A stretch of 64,000 nucleotides of DNA from Christensenellaceae bacterium Phil1 (GTDB lineage Bacteria > Bacillota > Clostridia > Christensenellales > CAG-138). The translations under genes and the position numbers were made by a program. The stretch spans positions 2,245 through 66,244 of the forward strand of contig MSGS01000059.1 of assembly GCA_001940855.1 (NCBI GenBank), in the 5' to 3' direction. The notes below the pieces were generated by a model. It was not told the origin of the DNA. It did no database searches and was given only the letters and a program-made list of their open reading frames with translations. Below are positions 18,019-28,478 of this stretch, piece by piece. Numbering within the stretch: the stretch's first letter is position 1; the number at the start of each line of letters is the position of its first letter.

Positions 18019-19485
18019 ATGAATAAGCAATACGACGTTGTTATAATAGGCGCGGGCGTTACGGGCTGCGCCGCGGCAAGATACCTGAGCCGCTATAACG
18101 TGCATGCGGCGGTGATAGAGCGGGCGGAGGACGTTTGCGCGGCGGGCGCGAGCAAGGCCAACAGCGCCATTGTGCACGCCGGGTTCGACGCGAAGGCGGG
18201 CAGCCTTATGGCAAAGCTGAACGTTGAGGGCAGCCGCATTATGCCAAAGCTTGCAGAGGAGCTTGACTTCAGCTATATGAACAACGGCAGCCTTGTAGTA
18301 TGCATGGACGAGGCCGATTACGGCAAGCTGGAGCGGCTTTATCAAAACGGGCTTAAAAACGGCGTTGAAGGGCTTGAAATAGTGCGCGGGGAAAGGCTGA
18401 GGGAATTGGAGCCGGCCGTGCGCAGTGAAGCCTACGCCGCGCTGTGGGCGCCAACGGGTGCAATAGTTTGCCCGTTTGGGCTTACTGTTGCGCTTGCGGA
18501 AAACGCGGCGGCAAACGGAGTTGAGTTCATATTCAATACTGCCGTTACCGCATTGCGGCATGAGGGCGGCGCGTGGAGCGTGCAGACGGATAAGGGACTG
18601 ATACGCGCGGACGCAGTCATAAACGCGGCGGGAACATATGCGGACGTGCTGCACAACATGGTAAGCACAAAAAAGATACACATAACCCCGCGCAAGGGCG
18701 AATATATGCTGCTGGATCATGCGGCGGGCGATTTTGTTAAGCGCACCGTGTTCCAATTGCCTACAAAGCTGGGCAAGGGCGTGCTTGTAAGCCCCACGGT
18801 GCACGGGAACATAATAGTTGGCCCCACGGCGGAGGATATATTCGACCGCGACGGCGTGAATACCACGCAGGCGGGGCTTGACGCCGTGCGGCAGAGGGCC
18901 GATTTGGCGGTTGAAGGACTGCCGCTCAAGCAGGTGATAACCAGCTTTGCGGGCCTCCGCGCGCACGAGGACGGGCATGAATTCATAATAGGCAGGGCCG
19001 AAGGGACGGAGAATTTCTTCGACTGCGCTGGCATTGAATCCCCCGGGCTTTCAAGCGCGCCGGCAGTGGGCAAAATGATATCCGATATCGTGGCGGAGGA
19101 ATTGAAGCTTGATAAGAACGCCGCGTTTATCCCCACGCGCAAGGGCATAACGGAGCTGAAAAAGCTGAGCATGGCTGAGCAGAACGCGCTCATACGGCAA
19201 AACAGCGCATACGGGCGCATAGTCTGCCGCTGCGAAAGCATAACCGAGGGCGAGATAGTGGACGCGATACGCCGTCCAGTGGGCGCAAGGAGCCTGGACG
19301 GGGTAAAGCGGCGCGTGCGCGCGGGCATGGGCCGCTGCCAGGGCGGATTTTGCAGCACAAGGGTGATGGAGATACTGGCGCGGGAGCTGAAGGCGAGCCT
19401 TGCGGACATAACGAAAAGCGGAGGAGAGGCGAAGCTTATAACCGGCCTTGCCAAGCAGGAGGCGGAGAAATATGAAACAATATGA
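18019..19485 (+). CDS. FAD-dependent glycerol-3-phosphate dehydrogenase-like subunit with BFD-type [2Fe-2S] domain
   Basis: GAGVTG, ANSAIVHAG, VCRCE...GMGRCQGGFC; follows glpK. Confidence 0.88.
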   Translation: MNKQYDVVIIGAGVTGCAAARYLSRYNVHAAVIERAEDVCAAGASKANSAIVHAGFDAKAGSLMAKLNVEGSRIMPKLAEELDFSYMNNGSLVVCMDEADYGKLERLYQNGLKNGVEGLEIVRGERLRELEPAVRSEAYAALWAPTGAIVCPFGLTVALAENAAANGVEFIFNTAVTALRHEGGAWSVQTDKGLIRADAVINAAGTYADVLHNMVSTKKIHITPRKGEYMLLDHAAGDFVKRTVFQLPTKLGKGVLVSPTVHGNIIVGPTAEDIFDRDGVNTTQAGLDAVRQRADLAVEGLPLKQVITSFAGLRAHEDGHEFIIGRAEGTENFFDCAGIESPGLSSAPAVGKMISDIVAEELKLDKNAAFIPTRKGITELKKLSMAEQNALIRQNSAYGRIVCRCESITEGEIVDAIRRPVGARSLDGVKRRVRAGMGRCQGGFCSTRVMEILARELKASLADITKSGGEAKLITGLAKQEAEKYETI

Positions 19486-20740
19486 TATTGCGATAATCGG
19501 CGCGGGCCCTGCGGGGCTTGCCGCGGCGGCCGCCGCATACGACGCGGGCGCGAAGAACATTATTATAATAGAAAGGGAAGACGCACCGGGCGGCATACTG
19601 AACCAATGCATACACGCAGGATTCGGCCTGCATACGTTTAACGAGGAACTGACGGGCCCCGAATACGCGGCGCGCTTCATTGCGCGGGTTAAGGAGCGGG
19701 GCATAGATATGCTGCTTTCCACAATGGTGCTGAGCATTGCGCGGGACAAGACCATAACCGCCATGAACCGCACACAGGGCGTGTTCACTATTCAGCCTAA
19801 GGCCGTAGTGCTTTGCATGGGCTGCCGCGAAAGGAGCCGCGGCGCGCTGAATATACCCGGCTTCCGCCCCGCGGGCATATATTCGGCGGGCACGGCGCAG
19901 AAGCTTGTGAACATAATGGGATACATGCCCGGGCGCGAGGTCGTTATACTGGGCAGCGGGGACATTGGCCTTATAATGGCGCGGAGGATGACGCTTGAAG
20001 GCGCGCATGTTAAGCTTGTGGCGGAGCTGATGCCGTATTCGGGCGGATTGAAGCGCAACATTGTGCAGTGCCTTGACGATTTTGATATTCCGCTTATGCT
20101 TAGCCACACGGTTGTGGACATACATGGGCGCGAAAGGGTGGAAGGCGTTACGATAGCCGAGGTGGGCGCGGATTTGAAGCCCATAGCGGGTACGGAAGAA
20201 TACTATCCGTGCGACACGCTGCTTTTATCTTGCGGATTGATACCGGAAAACGAGCTTTCCCGCGGCATGGGCGTGGGCATACACCCCGTAACGGGCGGGC
20301 CGATGGTGAACGAATCGCTTGAAACGGATATAGAGGGCGTGTTCAGCGCGGGCAATGCGCTGCATGTGCACGATTTGGTGGACTATGTAAGCGAAGAGGC
20401 TGCTGCCGCCGGGCGCAACGCCGCGCAATTCGCCCTTGCAGGAAATGCAAATGAAGTATGCACGCAAAGAATATGCATAGAGCTCTCCGGCGGCATACGC
20501 TATGCCGTTCCTTCCGCCATTGCGCCGGACAGGATACAGAGTAGTCTGACAATACGTATGCGTGTAGGAAGCGTTATGAAAAATAAACGACTGAATGTAA
20601 TTATTAACGGGGAGAAAATAATCAGCCGTCCGCGCCCGGTGATGGCCCCGGGGGAGATGGAGCAGGTGGTCATAATGAAGGATATGCTGGATAAGTATGC
20701 AAAAGTTGAAAGCATACTTATAACCACGGAGGATATGTGA
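19472..20740 (+). CDS. FAD/NAD(P)-dependent oxidoreductase (partner subunit in the glp operon)
   Basis: GAGPAG, GGILNQCIH, ILGSGDIG, GNALHVHDLVD. Confidence 0.88.
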   Translation: MKQYDIAIIGAGPAGLAAAAAAYDAGAKNIIIIEREDAPGGILNQCIHAGFGLHTFNEELTGPEYAARFIARVKERGIDMLLSTMVLSIARDKTITAMNRTQGVFTIQPKAVVLCMGCRERSRGALNIPGFRPAGIYSAGTAQKLVNIMGYMPGREVVILGSGDIGLIMARRMTLEGAHVKLVAELMPYSGGLKRNIVQCLDDFDIPLMLSHTVVDIHGRERVEGVTIAEVGADLKPIAGTEEYYPCDTLLLSCGLIPENELSRGMGVGIHPVTGGPMVNESLETDIEGVFSAGNALHVHDLVDYVSEEAAAAGRNAAQFALAGNANEVCTQRICIELSGGIRYAVPSAIAPDRIQSSLTIRMRVGSVMKNKRLNVIINGEKIISRPRPVMAPGEMEQVVIMKDMLDKYAKVESILITTEDM

Positions 20741-20741
20741 A

Positions 20742-21107
20742 ATGGAGAGAAAAACGCTTACCTGCATATGCTGCCCGATAGGCTGCACGATAGAGGCCGA
20801 GCTTGAAGGAAACCATGTTTTAAGCGTGCGCGGCAACTCCTGTCCAAGGGGAGAAAAGTACGCAAAATCGGAACTTTCGAACCCTGTGCGCACGCTGACC
20901 AGCACCGTTGGGCTCACGGGAAGCGCAACGGGCGCGGCCGTTGCTCCGGTGCGTTCGGCACGGGAAATACCCAAGGGCAAAATGCTTGACTGCATGAAGG
21001 AACTGAGCCGCGTGAGCGTAGCGGCACCGGTGCATATAGGCGATATTGCACTTAAAAACGCGGCGGGAACGGGCGTGGACATAGTTATTACGCGGGATAT
21101 GCAATAA
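20742..21107 (+). CDS. DUF1667 family small metal-binding protein
   Basis: CICCPIGC...GNSCPRG..YA..E..NPVR. Confidence 0.85.
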   Translation: MERKTLTCICCPIGCTIEAELEGNHVLSVRGNSCPRGEKYAKSELSNPVRTLTSTVGLTGSATGAAVAPVRSAREIPKGKMLDCMKELSRVSVAAPVHIGDIALKNAAGTGVDIVITRDMQ

Positions 21108-21120
21108 GTAAATTATAAAC

Positions 21121-21151
21121 ATGCAGGACGGCGCGCTTTGCCGTCCTGCAG
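21121..21151 (+). terminator. Hairpin/terminator after the glp operon
   Basis: TGCAGGACGGC-GCGCTTT-GCCGTCCTGCA. Confidence 0.6.
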
Positions 21152-21282
21152 TATTATATATAATCCCAAATTATGAACATATTATTTGACATTTGAGCCA
21201 TATTCTTTTATAGTATAACCAATATCTGCGCAAGATCATGCGCACAGTTGTCTCAGAAAACCAAATAATAAGGAGGAGTACA

Positions 21283-23418
21283 ATGAAAAAGCTGCTTGCT
21301 ATTCTGTTGACCGTATGCTTCATGCTTGGCGTATTCGCTGCATGCACAAACGACAACACGCCTGCCAACACCAATGAGCCGGCGAGCAACAACAACAATG
21401 AGAACCCCGGACAGACCCAGACCAACACCCCGGTGTCTGAAGGTCTTGACCTGAGCGTGAGCAAAGAGCCCAAAAAGGATTGGGTAACTTACCTCACCCT
21501 GGCTAACGAAATGGAGACTTTCAACATTCTCTATAGCCAGAACAACAAGGAACTGCGTGTTCTGACCAGCTGCATAGACGGCCTGCTGTCCAACGACAAT
21601 CGTGGTAACCTCGTTCCCGCCATCGCGGAAACCTGGGGCACCGAAGACGGCGGCAAGACCTGGACCTTCAACCTCCGCAAGGGCGTTCAGTGGGTAAACA
21701 TGAACGGCGAACCCATGCAGGAAGTTAAGGCCGAGGACTGGCTGGTTGGCCTTGAGTGGGTACTGAACTTCTATAAGAACGAAGCTGCCAACACCTCCAT
21801 GCCTACCGAAATGATCGAAGGCGCCGCCGATTACTATGCCTATGTGGCCGGCTATCAGGATCTTGAAATCCCCGCGGATGCCGACGCCGCTACCAAGGAA
21901 AAGCTGACCAAGAATTACGAAGACGCCAAGGCTAAGTTCGAAGCCATTTGCGAAAAATACGATCTTGAGCCCGTCCGTCTGACTGCTGACGAAGCCAAGA
22001 GCATGGATCTGACCGTATTCAAGCAGATGGTCGGCATCGAAGCTCCCGATGACTACACCCTGATTTATCACTGCGTAGCCGAGCTGCCCTACTTTGCCAC
22101 CGTTGCTACCTACAACTGCCTCTATCCCGCGCCCCAGGCCCTGATAGACCAGCTTGGCGTTGATGGCTTCTATGCCTGCACCAACGAGAACATGTGGTAC
22201 AATGGCTGCTACACCATCACCCATTACATCAACGGCAATGAAAAGGTTCTGACCAAGAACCCCCTGTACTGGGATACCGACTGCACCCTGTTCGATACCG
22301 TCACCTACAAGATGGTCGAATCCGGCGATGTTGCGTTCCAGATGTTCCAGGCCGGCGAGCTTGATTACATCGAGCTGACCGAATCCAACCTGCGCACCAT
22401 CTACAACAGCGAGTCCAACGAGTTCCATGATTACATCGTTGAAGCCCGCCCCACCAAGTATTCCTATCAGCTGCATCTTTGCTGGGATAAGCGCGACGAG
22501 AACGGCGATCCCGACGTGAACTGGAATACCGCCATTGCTAACGAGAACTTCCGTCTGGCTTGGTACTATGGCCTTGACGCCACCGCCTACCTTGCCCGTA
22601 CGAACTTCATCTATCCGCAGCACTGCGCTAACTATTGCTACACCATGTCCAACCTGGTCTCCTTCTCCGACGGTACCGATTATACCGATCGCGTTATGGA
22701 GAAGCTGGGCATCAGCCCCAATGGCGAGAACTATGCCCGCGTAGACGCCGCCAAGGCTGCCGACTACAAGGCCAAGGCCATGGAAGAGCTCACCGCTCAG
22801 GGCGTGACCTTCCCCGTGGTTGTTGACTATTACATTCAGGGTTCCAGCCAGACCGCTCTGGACACCGCGAACGTTCTCAAGCAGATGTTCTCTGACTGCC
22901 TGGGCGACGACTTCGTAACCCTGAACATCAAGACCTATATCTCTTCTGTGAACAAGGAAGTCCGTAATCCTCAGCTCGCCTCCTTCTACATTAATGGTTG
23001 GGGCGCTGACTACGCCGATCCTCAGAACTACCTGGGTCAGGAAACCTACGGCATGGACAACGCTTACTACAGCGTATCCTACTCCAAGGCTAATAACATT
23101 ACCGACGAAAACCTGATTGCCGTTTACGAGGAGTTCACCAATATGGTCAACGCGGCTAACGCCATCGTAGACGATATGGACGCCCGTTACGAAGCCTATG
23201 CCGAGGCTGAAAAGTACATGCTTGAGCATGCGCTCGTAATCCCTTGGTACAAGAACGTTCTGTGGCAGGTAACCCATGTTAACGACTATTCCAAGATATA
23301 TGCTCCTTACGGCATACAGGGCGAAAAGTTCAAGAACTGGGAAACCTCTGTTGACGCCTACACCACCGAGGACTACGCAAAGCTGGCCGAAGCTTATGCC
23401 GCCGGCGCTGCCAAATAA
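21283..23418 (+). CDS. oppA: Oligopeptide ABC transporter substrate-binding lipoprotein (AmiA/OppA-like)
   Basis: Lipobox FAAC, VPAIAETW, WTFNLRKGVQW, GWGADYADP; heads the ABC operon. Confidence 0.9.
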   Translation: MKKLLAILLTVCFMLGVFAACTNDNTPANTNEPASNNNNENPGQTQTNTPVSEGLDLSVSKEPKKDWVTYLTLANEMETFNILYSQNNKELRVLTSCIDGLLSNDNRGNLVPAIAETWGTEDGGKTWTFNLRKGVQWVNMNGEPMQEVKAEDWLVGLEWVLNFYKNEAANTSMPTEMIEGAADYYAYVAGYQDLEIPADADAATKEKLTKNYEDAKAKFEAICEKYDLEPVRLTADEAKSMDLTVFKQMVGIEAPDDYTLIYHCVAELPYFATVATYNCLYPAPQALIDQLGVDGFYACTNENMWYNGCYTITHYINGNEKVLTKNPLYWDTDCTLFDTVTYKMVESGDVAFQMFQAGELDYIELTESNLRTIYNSESNEFHDYIVEARPTKYSYQLHLCWDKRDENGDPDVNWNTAIANENFRLAWYYGLDATAYLARTNFIYPQHCANYCYTMSNLVSFSDGTDYTDRVMEKLGISPNGENYARVDAAKAADYKAKAMEELTAQGVTFPVVVDYYIQGSSQTALDTANVLKQMFSDCLGDDFVTLNIKTYISSVNKEVRNPQLASFYINGWGADYADPQNYLGQETYGMDNAYYSVSYSKANNITDENLIAVYEEFTNMVNAANAIVDDMDARYEAYAEAEKYMLEHALVIPWYKNVLWQVTHVNDYSKIYAPYGIQGEKFKNWETSVDAYTTEDYAKLAEAYAAGAAK

Positions 23419-23440
23419 GGTTAAAGGTAAGTAAGATTAA

Positions 23441-24397
23441 ATGTTTAAGTATACCATAAAAAGAGTACTTCAGTCCTTAGGGACCGTGCTCATCGTGGTA
23501 TCTATCGTGTCATTGCTGCTCAGCCTGATGCCGACTGATTATTTCTTCACCGAGGAACAGCTTATAAAGCTGACCGATAAGCAGAAGGAGGATCAGTTGG
23601 CAGCAGCTGGGCTGCTGGACAGCCCAATCGTACAATTATTCCGCTTTCTCGAAAATTTAATTCTTAAGTTCGATCTTGGAACCTCACGCAGAATACAGGC
23701 CGGCGTGCCTGTAATTAAGGTAATAGGAGACAAGTTCGCTATCTCAATGAGATTGGGCTGTATCGCTTTGGTCATTTCGCTGATACTTGGCGTGCCTATG
23801 GGCATACTTCAGGCAAGACATAAGGACCATCTGTTCGATCATATCGGCGCCGCATATACGATATTCGTAAACGCAGTACCGCGTTTGGTATCATATTCGC
23901 TGGTGCTGGTGATCGGCGTAAAGCTTTTTGGTCTGCCGTCCATGTATTCAACGCGACATGCCGTGCGCTCCAGCATATTGCCGATAATATGCCTTGCGAT
24001 GGGTTCTACTGCAAGTTACGCGCTGTGGATGCGCCGTTATATGGTTGACGAGCTTACGAAGGACTATATAAAGCTCGCCCGTATAAAGGGCCTTTCCACC
24101 CGCCAAATAATGTTTAAGCATGTTCTCAGAAACGCATTCGTGCCTATGGTACAGAATCTGCCCACTTCCTTCATGCTTACTATCGGCGGTTCTCTGCTGG
24201 TGGAGCGTTTCTTCTCCATTCCCGGCATGGGCCCGCTGCTCACAGACTCGATTACCCGATACGACTTAAACATGGTCCGCGGACTGGTGCTGCTTTATGC
24301 CCTGCTTGGCATATTCGGCCTGTTCCTGGGCGACGTGCTTATGACCGTATGCGATCCGAGAATCAGACTTACCGGAAAGGGCGGTGACACTCGATAA
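23441..24397 (+). CDS. oppB: Oligopeptide ABC permease
   Basis: DLGTS, DYIKLARIKGLS...KHVLRNA, VERFFSIPGMG. Confidence 0.9.
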   Translation: MFKYTIKRVLQSLGTVLIVVSIVSLLLSLMPTDYFFTEEQLIKLTDKQKEDQLAAAGLLDSPIVQLFRFLENLILKFDLGTSRRIQAGVPVIKVIGDKFAISMRLGCIALVISLILGVPMGILQARHKDHLFDHIGAAYTIFVNAVPRLVSYSLVLVIGVKLFGLPSMYSTRHAVRSSILPIICLAMGSTASYALWMRRYMVDELTKDYIKLARIKGLSTRQIMFKHVLRNAFVPMVQNLPTSFMLTIGGSLLVERFFSIPGMGPLLTDSITRYDLNMVRGLVLLYALLGIFGLFLGDVLMTVCDPRIRLTGKGGDTR

Positions 24398-25362
24398 TGG
24401 AAACCAAAGCTGTAAATACCACGGCGGAGCTTGAAAAAGAGCTTGGCATGAGCGAACAGGAACTGTTTTCATTCGTTGAGTATCATGCCGAGGATGCCGA
24501 AAGAATAGGCTACAGCGAATATTCATATTGGAAGAGCGTTTTCCGCAACTTCCTCAAGAATAAGGCCGCCGTGGTCATGATAATCGTTTTCTTTGCAATA
24601 TTCATATTCTCCTTCGTGGCGCTGTGGATAGGCAAATACGACTATCAGCATCTGATACCGGATACGAATCTGTGCTTCCAAAGCCCCAATAGTGAATATT
24701 GGTTCGGTACCGATAACCTTGGCCGCGACTACTGGTGCCAGGTTTGGTACGCCACGCAGACTTCCATAAAGCTGGCGGCTATAGTTGCCCTGGGCGAATG
24801 CCTTATGGGCGTTACCATCGGCTGCATATGGGGTTATGTGCGCAAGGCGGACAGGTTCTTCACCGAACTTTACAACATATTCGACAGCGTGCCTACCATG
24901 ATTTACATGACGCTTATCGCGCTGTTCATCGGCCAGACCTTCTGGATAATGTGTGCAAGCATAATACTGTTCCATTGGATGTATATGGCCAAGAACGTGC
25001 GTAATCTGGTGTTCATGTATCGCGACAGGGAGTATAACCTTGCCTCCCGCTGCCTGGGTACAAACCTGTTCCGTATACTGACCAAGAACATACTGCCCTA
25101 CCTTATAAGCGTTATAATACTTAGGGTGGCGCTGAGCATACCGAGCACCATAGCGCTCGAAACCACGCTGAGCTATCTTGGCCTTGGTCTTGACGTGAAC
25201 ACGCCCAGCCTTGGCATACTGCTGCGCAATTCAAGGACGTTCTTCCTTGATTACCCGTATCTTCTGATATTCCCGGCGGTAATAGTTTCGCTGGTAACTA
25301 TCACTTTCTATCTCGCCGGCAACGCCTTCAGCGACGCGGCCGACCCGAGAAACCATGTTTAA
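24397..25362 (+). CDS. oppC: Oligopeptide ABC permease
   Basis: WFGTDNLGRD, EYNLASRCLGT, LSYLGLG, DAADPRNH. Confidence 0.9.
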   Translation: METKAVNTTAELEKELGMSEQELFSFVEYHAEDAERIGYSEYSYWKSVFRNFLKNKAAVVMIIVFFAIFIFSFVALWIGKYDYQHLIPDTNLCFQSPNSEYWFGTDNLGRDYWCQVWYATQTSIKLAAIVALGECLMGVTIGCIWGYVRKADRFFTELYNIFDSVPTMIYMTLIALFIGQTFWIMCASIILFHWMYMAKNVRNLVFMYRDREYNLASRCLGTNLFRILTKNILPYLISVIILRVALSIPSTIALETTLSYLGLGLDVNTPSLGILLRNSRTFFLDYPYLLIFPAVIVSLVTITFYLAGNAFSDAADPRNHV

Positions 25363-25378
25363 GCGGAGGATAGCATAA

Positions 25379-27394
25379 ATGGAAGCATTGAACAAAAAAA
25401 CTATCCTCAGCGCCAGGGACGTGGAAATACAGTTCAGCCTGCGCGGAGACAAGCTGACGGCCATACGCGGCTGCTCACTTGACCTTTACGAGGGCGAGAC
25501 GCTTGCCATAGTTGGCGAATCCGGCTCCGGCAAGTCCGTTTTCACCAAATCCTTCCTGGGCATGCTTGACCAGAACGGTTCCATAACCGGCGGCAGCATA
25601 ATGTATGAAGGCAACGACCTTGCCAAGTACACCACTGAGAAGGAATGGCGCACCATCCGCGGCAAGAAGATATCCATGGTAATGCAGGACCCGATGACGA
25701 GCCTTAACCCGCTCAAAAAGGTCGGCATGCAGATACAGGAATCCATAGAGCTGCATCAGGGGCTGGATAAGGCGGCCGCAAAGGCGGAAGCCATAAGGAT
25801 GCTGGACATAGTCGGTATCCCCAATCCCGAGGTACGCTATAATCAATATCCGCATGAGTTTTCCGGCGGTATGCGGCAAAGGGCTGTTATAGCCATTGCT
25901 GTTGCCTGCCATCCGGACATTCTTATTTGCGACGAGCCCACCACCGCGCTTGACGTTACCATTCAGGCACAGATACTGGACCTGATACGCAAGCTGCAGA
26001 AGAATCTGGGCATGACCATAATATACATAACGCACGACCTTGGCGTTGTTGCAAGCGTTGCGGACAGGGTAGCGGTTATGTATGCCGGCCAGATAGTCGA
26101 AATAGGCATGGCTGAGGAAATATTCTATGATGCGTGGCATCCCTATACATGGGCGCTGCTTTCGGCACTGCCGCAGCTTGGTATAAAGGGCGAAAAGCTG
26201 CCCACGATAGACGGCACCCCGCCGAACCTGTTCAACAAAATAACGGGCGATGCTTTTGCTCCCCGCAACAGGCAGGCGCTGGCGATAGACTTCAAAAAGG
26301 AACCCCCGTTCTTTGATGTTTCGCCCACGCATAAGGCAAAAACCTGGTATCTTGACCCCCGCGCGCCCAAGGTGACGCAGCCCGAATCCATAAAGAGGCT
26401 TGCGCAGCGCATGAACGAGGACTTCGGCTCCAACCTGAAGCATCCTCACGAGGATCCCAACAGGGAAGCCGTTATACAGGTCAAGGACCTTCAGGTAACG
26501 TTCGGCACGGGCCGCAAAAAGTTCGTTGCCGTAGACAACGTAAACTTCGAGATCTACCGCGGAGAGACCTTCTCGCTGGTTGGCGAATCCGGTTCCGGCA
26601 AAACCACCATAGGCCGCGCCATAACCAGGATAAACCCGACCACCGCTGGCGAAATACTCTACAAGGGCCGCAAGATAAACGGAAAAATATCCAAGGAGCT
26701 TGACCTTGAGGTCATAAAGGGCTGCCAGATGATATTCCAGGACCCGCTTGCTTCGCTCAACGAGCGCGCAAAGGTAGACTATATAGTCAGCGAAGGTATA
26801 CTGAACCATCATCTTTATAAGGATGAGCAGGACCGCGAGGATAAGGTTCAGCAGGCACTCAAGGAAGTTGGCCTTCTGCCCGAGTTTGCGTCCCGCTTCC
26901 CGCATGAGTTCAGCGGCGGACAGCGCCAGCGCATAGGCATAGCCCGCGCGTTGATAATGCAGCCCGAGTTCATAGTTGCGGACGAACCGATAAGCGCGCT
27001 GGATGTTTCCATCCGTGCGCAGGTGCTCAATCTGCTCAACGATCTGAAGAAGAGCCGCGGACTGACCTATCTGTTCATCGCTCACGATCTGAGCGTGGTT
27101 CGCTTCATATCCGACCGTATCGCGGTTATACATAAGGGCCGCATAGTGGAGCTGAGCGAAGCGGAAGAACTTTTCCGCCACCCGCTGCATCCGTATACGA
27201 AGAGCCTGCTTTCCGCTGTGCCCAATCCCGATCCGGCGATAGAGCGCAACAAGCAGCTGGTTGTATACGACCCCGGCATGCATGATTACAGCACTGATAA
27301 GCCCCAGTGGGTTGAAATCATTCCCGGACACTTTGTGTACGGTAATGAAAAGGAGCTGGACGGCTACCGCGAGGAGCTGGCAAAGAAAGCATAA
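25379..27394 (+). CDS. Fused OppD-OppF double ABC ATPase
   Basis: Two GESGSGK[S/T] Walker A motifs, two PHEFSGG signatures, CDEPT and ADEPI. Confidence 0.92.
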   Translation: MEALNKKTILSARDVEIQFSLRGDKLTAIRGCSLDLYEGETLAIVGESGSGKSVFTKSFLGMLDQNGSITGGSIMYEGNDLAKYTTEKEWRTIRGKKISMVMQDPMTSLNPLKKVGMQIQESIELHQGLDKAAAKAEAIRMLDIVGIPNPEVRYNQYPHEFSGGMRQRAVIAIAVACHPDILICDEPTTALDVTIQAQILDLIRKLQKNLGMTIIYITHDLGVVASVADRVAVMYAGQIVEIGMAEEIFYDAWHPYTWALLSALPQLGIKGEKLPTIDGTPPNLFNKITGDAFAPRNRQALAIDFKKEPPFFDVSPTHKAKTWYLDPRAPKVTQPESIKRLAQRMNEDFGSNLKHPHEDPNREAVIQVKDLQVTFGTGRKKFVAVDNVNFEIYRGETFSLVGESGSGKTTIGRAITRINPTTAGEILYKGRKINGKISKELDLEVIKGCQMIFQDPLASLNERAKVDYIVSEGILNHHLYKDEQDREDKVQQALKEVGLLPEFASRFPHEFSGGQRQRIGIARALIMQPEFIVADEPISALDVSIRAQVLNLLNDLKKSRGLTYLFIAHDLSVVRFISDRIAVIHKGRIVELSEAEELFRHPLHPYTKSLLSAVPNPDPAIERNKQLVVYDPGMHDYSTDKPQWVEIIPGHFVYGNEKELDGYREELAKKA

Positions 27395-27464
27395 ATCAAA
27401 GCCATGGCATTACGCGCCGGGGGCAGCATAAAGCCTCCGGCGCAGCTGTTTATGAGGATATAAT

Positions 27465-27887
27465 ATGAAACGGTTCTTTCAGTTCATAAGGAATAAGGAT
27501 GTTCGCCACGCTGCGCTGCAAAAAACCTTTCCGCGCGTTATAATAGGCCTGCTCATTTGCTTTTTGTGGGACAGGTTCCTTAACAGCGGCGGCAGGCTGA
27601 ACGTATACGGCCATGCTTTTATGGCGGTGGGACTGATATACGCCGCGCTGTCGTGGCTCAATTACCTCAGCCTGGATGGCGTTAACGCGCCGGAGATATT
27701 CAAAAAGAAGCTTTTCAAAAAGCCGCCAAAGCGCAAAATGGGGGACATGATAGACTACGTTGACGAAAAGGTGGTCTCCTTTGAAGAACTGGACGACGAC
27801 GAGCGCACGGCGGCAAGCTTTGTTGCAAATCTCATTGCGGCGGTGCTGTTCCTTATACCGTGCATCATTTTTACACTATCAAAATAG
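27465..27887 (+). CDS. Small membrane protein (DUF3899-like) after the opp operon
   Basis: Three hydrophobic segments, RBS GAGGA. Confidence 0.7.
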   Translation: MKRFFQFIRNKDVRHAALQKTFPRVIIGLLICFLWDRFLNSGGRLNVYGHAFMAVGLIYAALSWLNYLSLDGVNAPEIFKKKLFKKPPKRKMGDMIDYVDEKVVSFEELDDDERTAASFVANLIAAVLFLIPCIIFTLSK

Positions 27888-27916
27888 CAAAAAAGGCGGC
27901 CTGAGCCGCCGTTTTC
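27888..27916. terminator. Bidirectional terminator
   Basis: AAAAAAGGCGGC-CTGA-GCCGCCGTTTT between convergent genes. Confidence 0.75.
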
Positions 27917-27925
27917 TTATATATA

Positions 27926-28300
27926 TTACGCCTTCCAAAGCCCATGCAGATTGCAGTATGCGTAGGCGGCTACCACCTCGTCCCCTTCGCAAAGGGCAAA
28001 GCCTGCTTCGGGCTTTTCGCCGGGCTTGAGCGCCTTACGCTGCACGCCCTGCCTGGTTTGCAGCGCTATCCATTCAATGTAATGCACATCCTGCATGGGA
28101 TGCTCGACCGCGCCAACGCGTACCAGCACGGTGCTGCCGTTCACTTCGTATACCGGAACGTGCTTTTCCCGCGCGGCGTCCACCGTGCCGGGAATAATTT
28201 CAGTCATTTTCTGCCCGCAGCACGTCATTGGCACGCCGCTGCTCCTTACCATTTCAACCATGTTGCCGCAATGCTCGCAAACGAAAAACCTGAGTTCCAT
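27926..28300 (-). CDS. dfx: Desulfoferrodoxin / superoxide reductase
   Basis: CEHCGN, CCG, EKHVP, HPM..HYIEWI, YCNLHGLW. Confidence 0.95.
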   Translation of the reverse strand: MELRFFVCEHCGNMVEMVRSSGVPMTCCGQKMTEIIPGTVDAAREKHVPVYEVNGSTVLVRVGAVEHPMQDVHYIEWIALQTRQGVQRKALKPGEKPEAGFALCEGDEVVAAYAYCNLHGLWKA

Positions 28301-28319
28301 ATTCTTTCAAACCTCCATG

Positions 28320-28350
28320 AATAAGATTAACATCAATTCTTAATCTTATT
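28320..28350. promoter_or_regulatory. AT-rich 11-bp inverted repeat upstream of dfx, candidate operator
   Basis: AATAAGATTAA-9bp-TTAATCTTATT. Confidence 0.45.
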
Positions 28351-28478
28351 ATACTGATAATATTTTGTTTGTCAAGGGGGAAAATAAAACGTGGGGGAGT
28401 TTTATTTATGATGCTTTAATACTGCCTGGCAGCTTCGAGCCGTTCCCTTTGTTCGTTTTACTCCCCCCTACACACTAT

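Noticed and set aside
21253-23277. 674-aa antisense ORF opposite oppA
   Set aside because: Shadow of strong codon bias in the sense gene; no recognisable motifs
25475-27331. 618-aa antisense ORF opposite the fused ABC ATPase
   Set aside because: Typical antisense shadow of a GC-rich gene; the sense gene is clearly real
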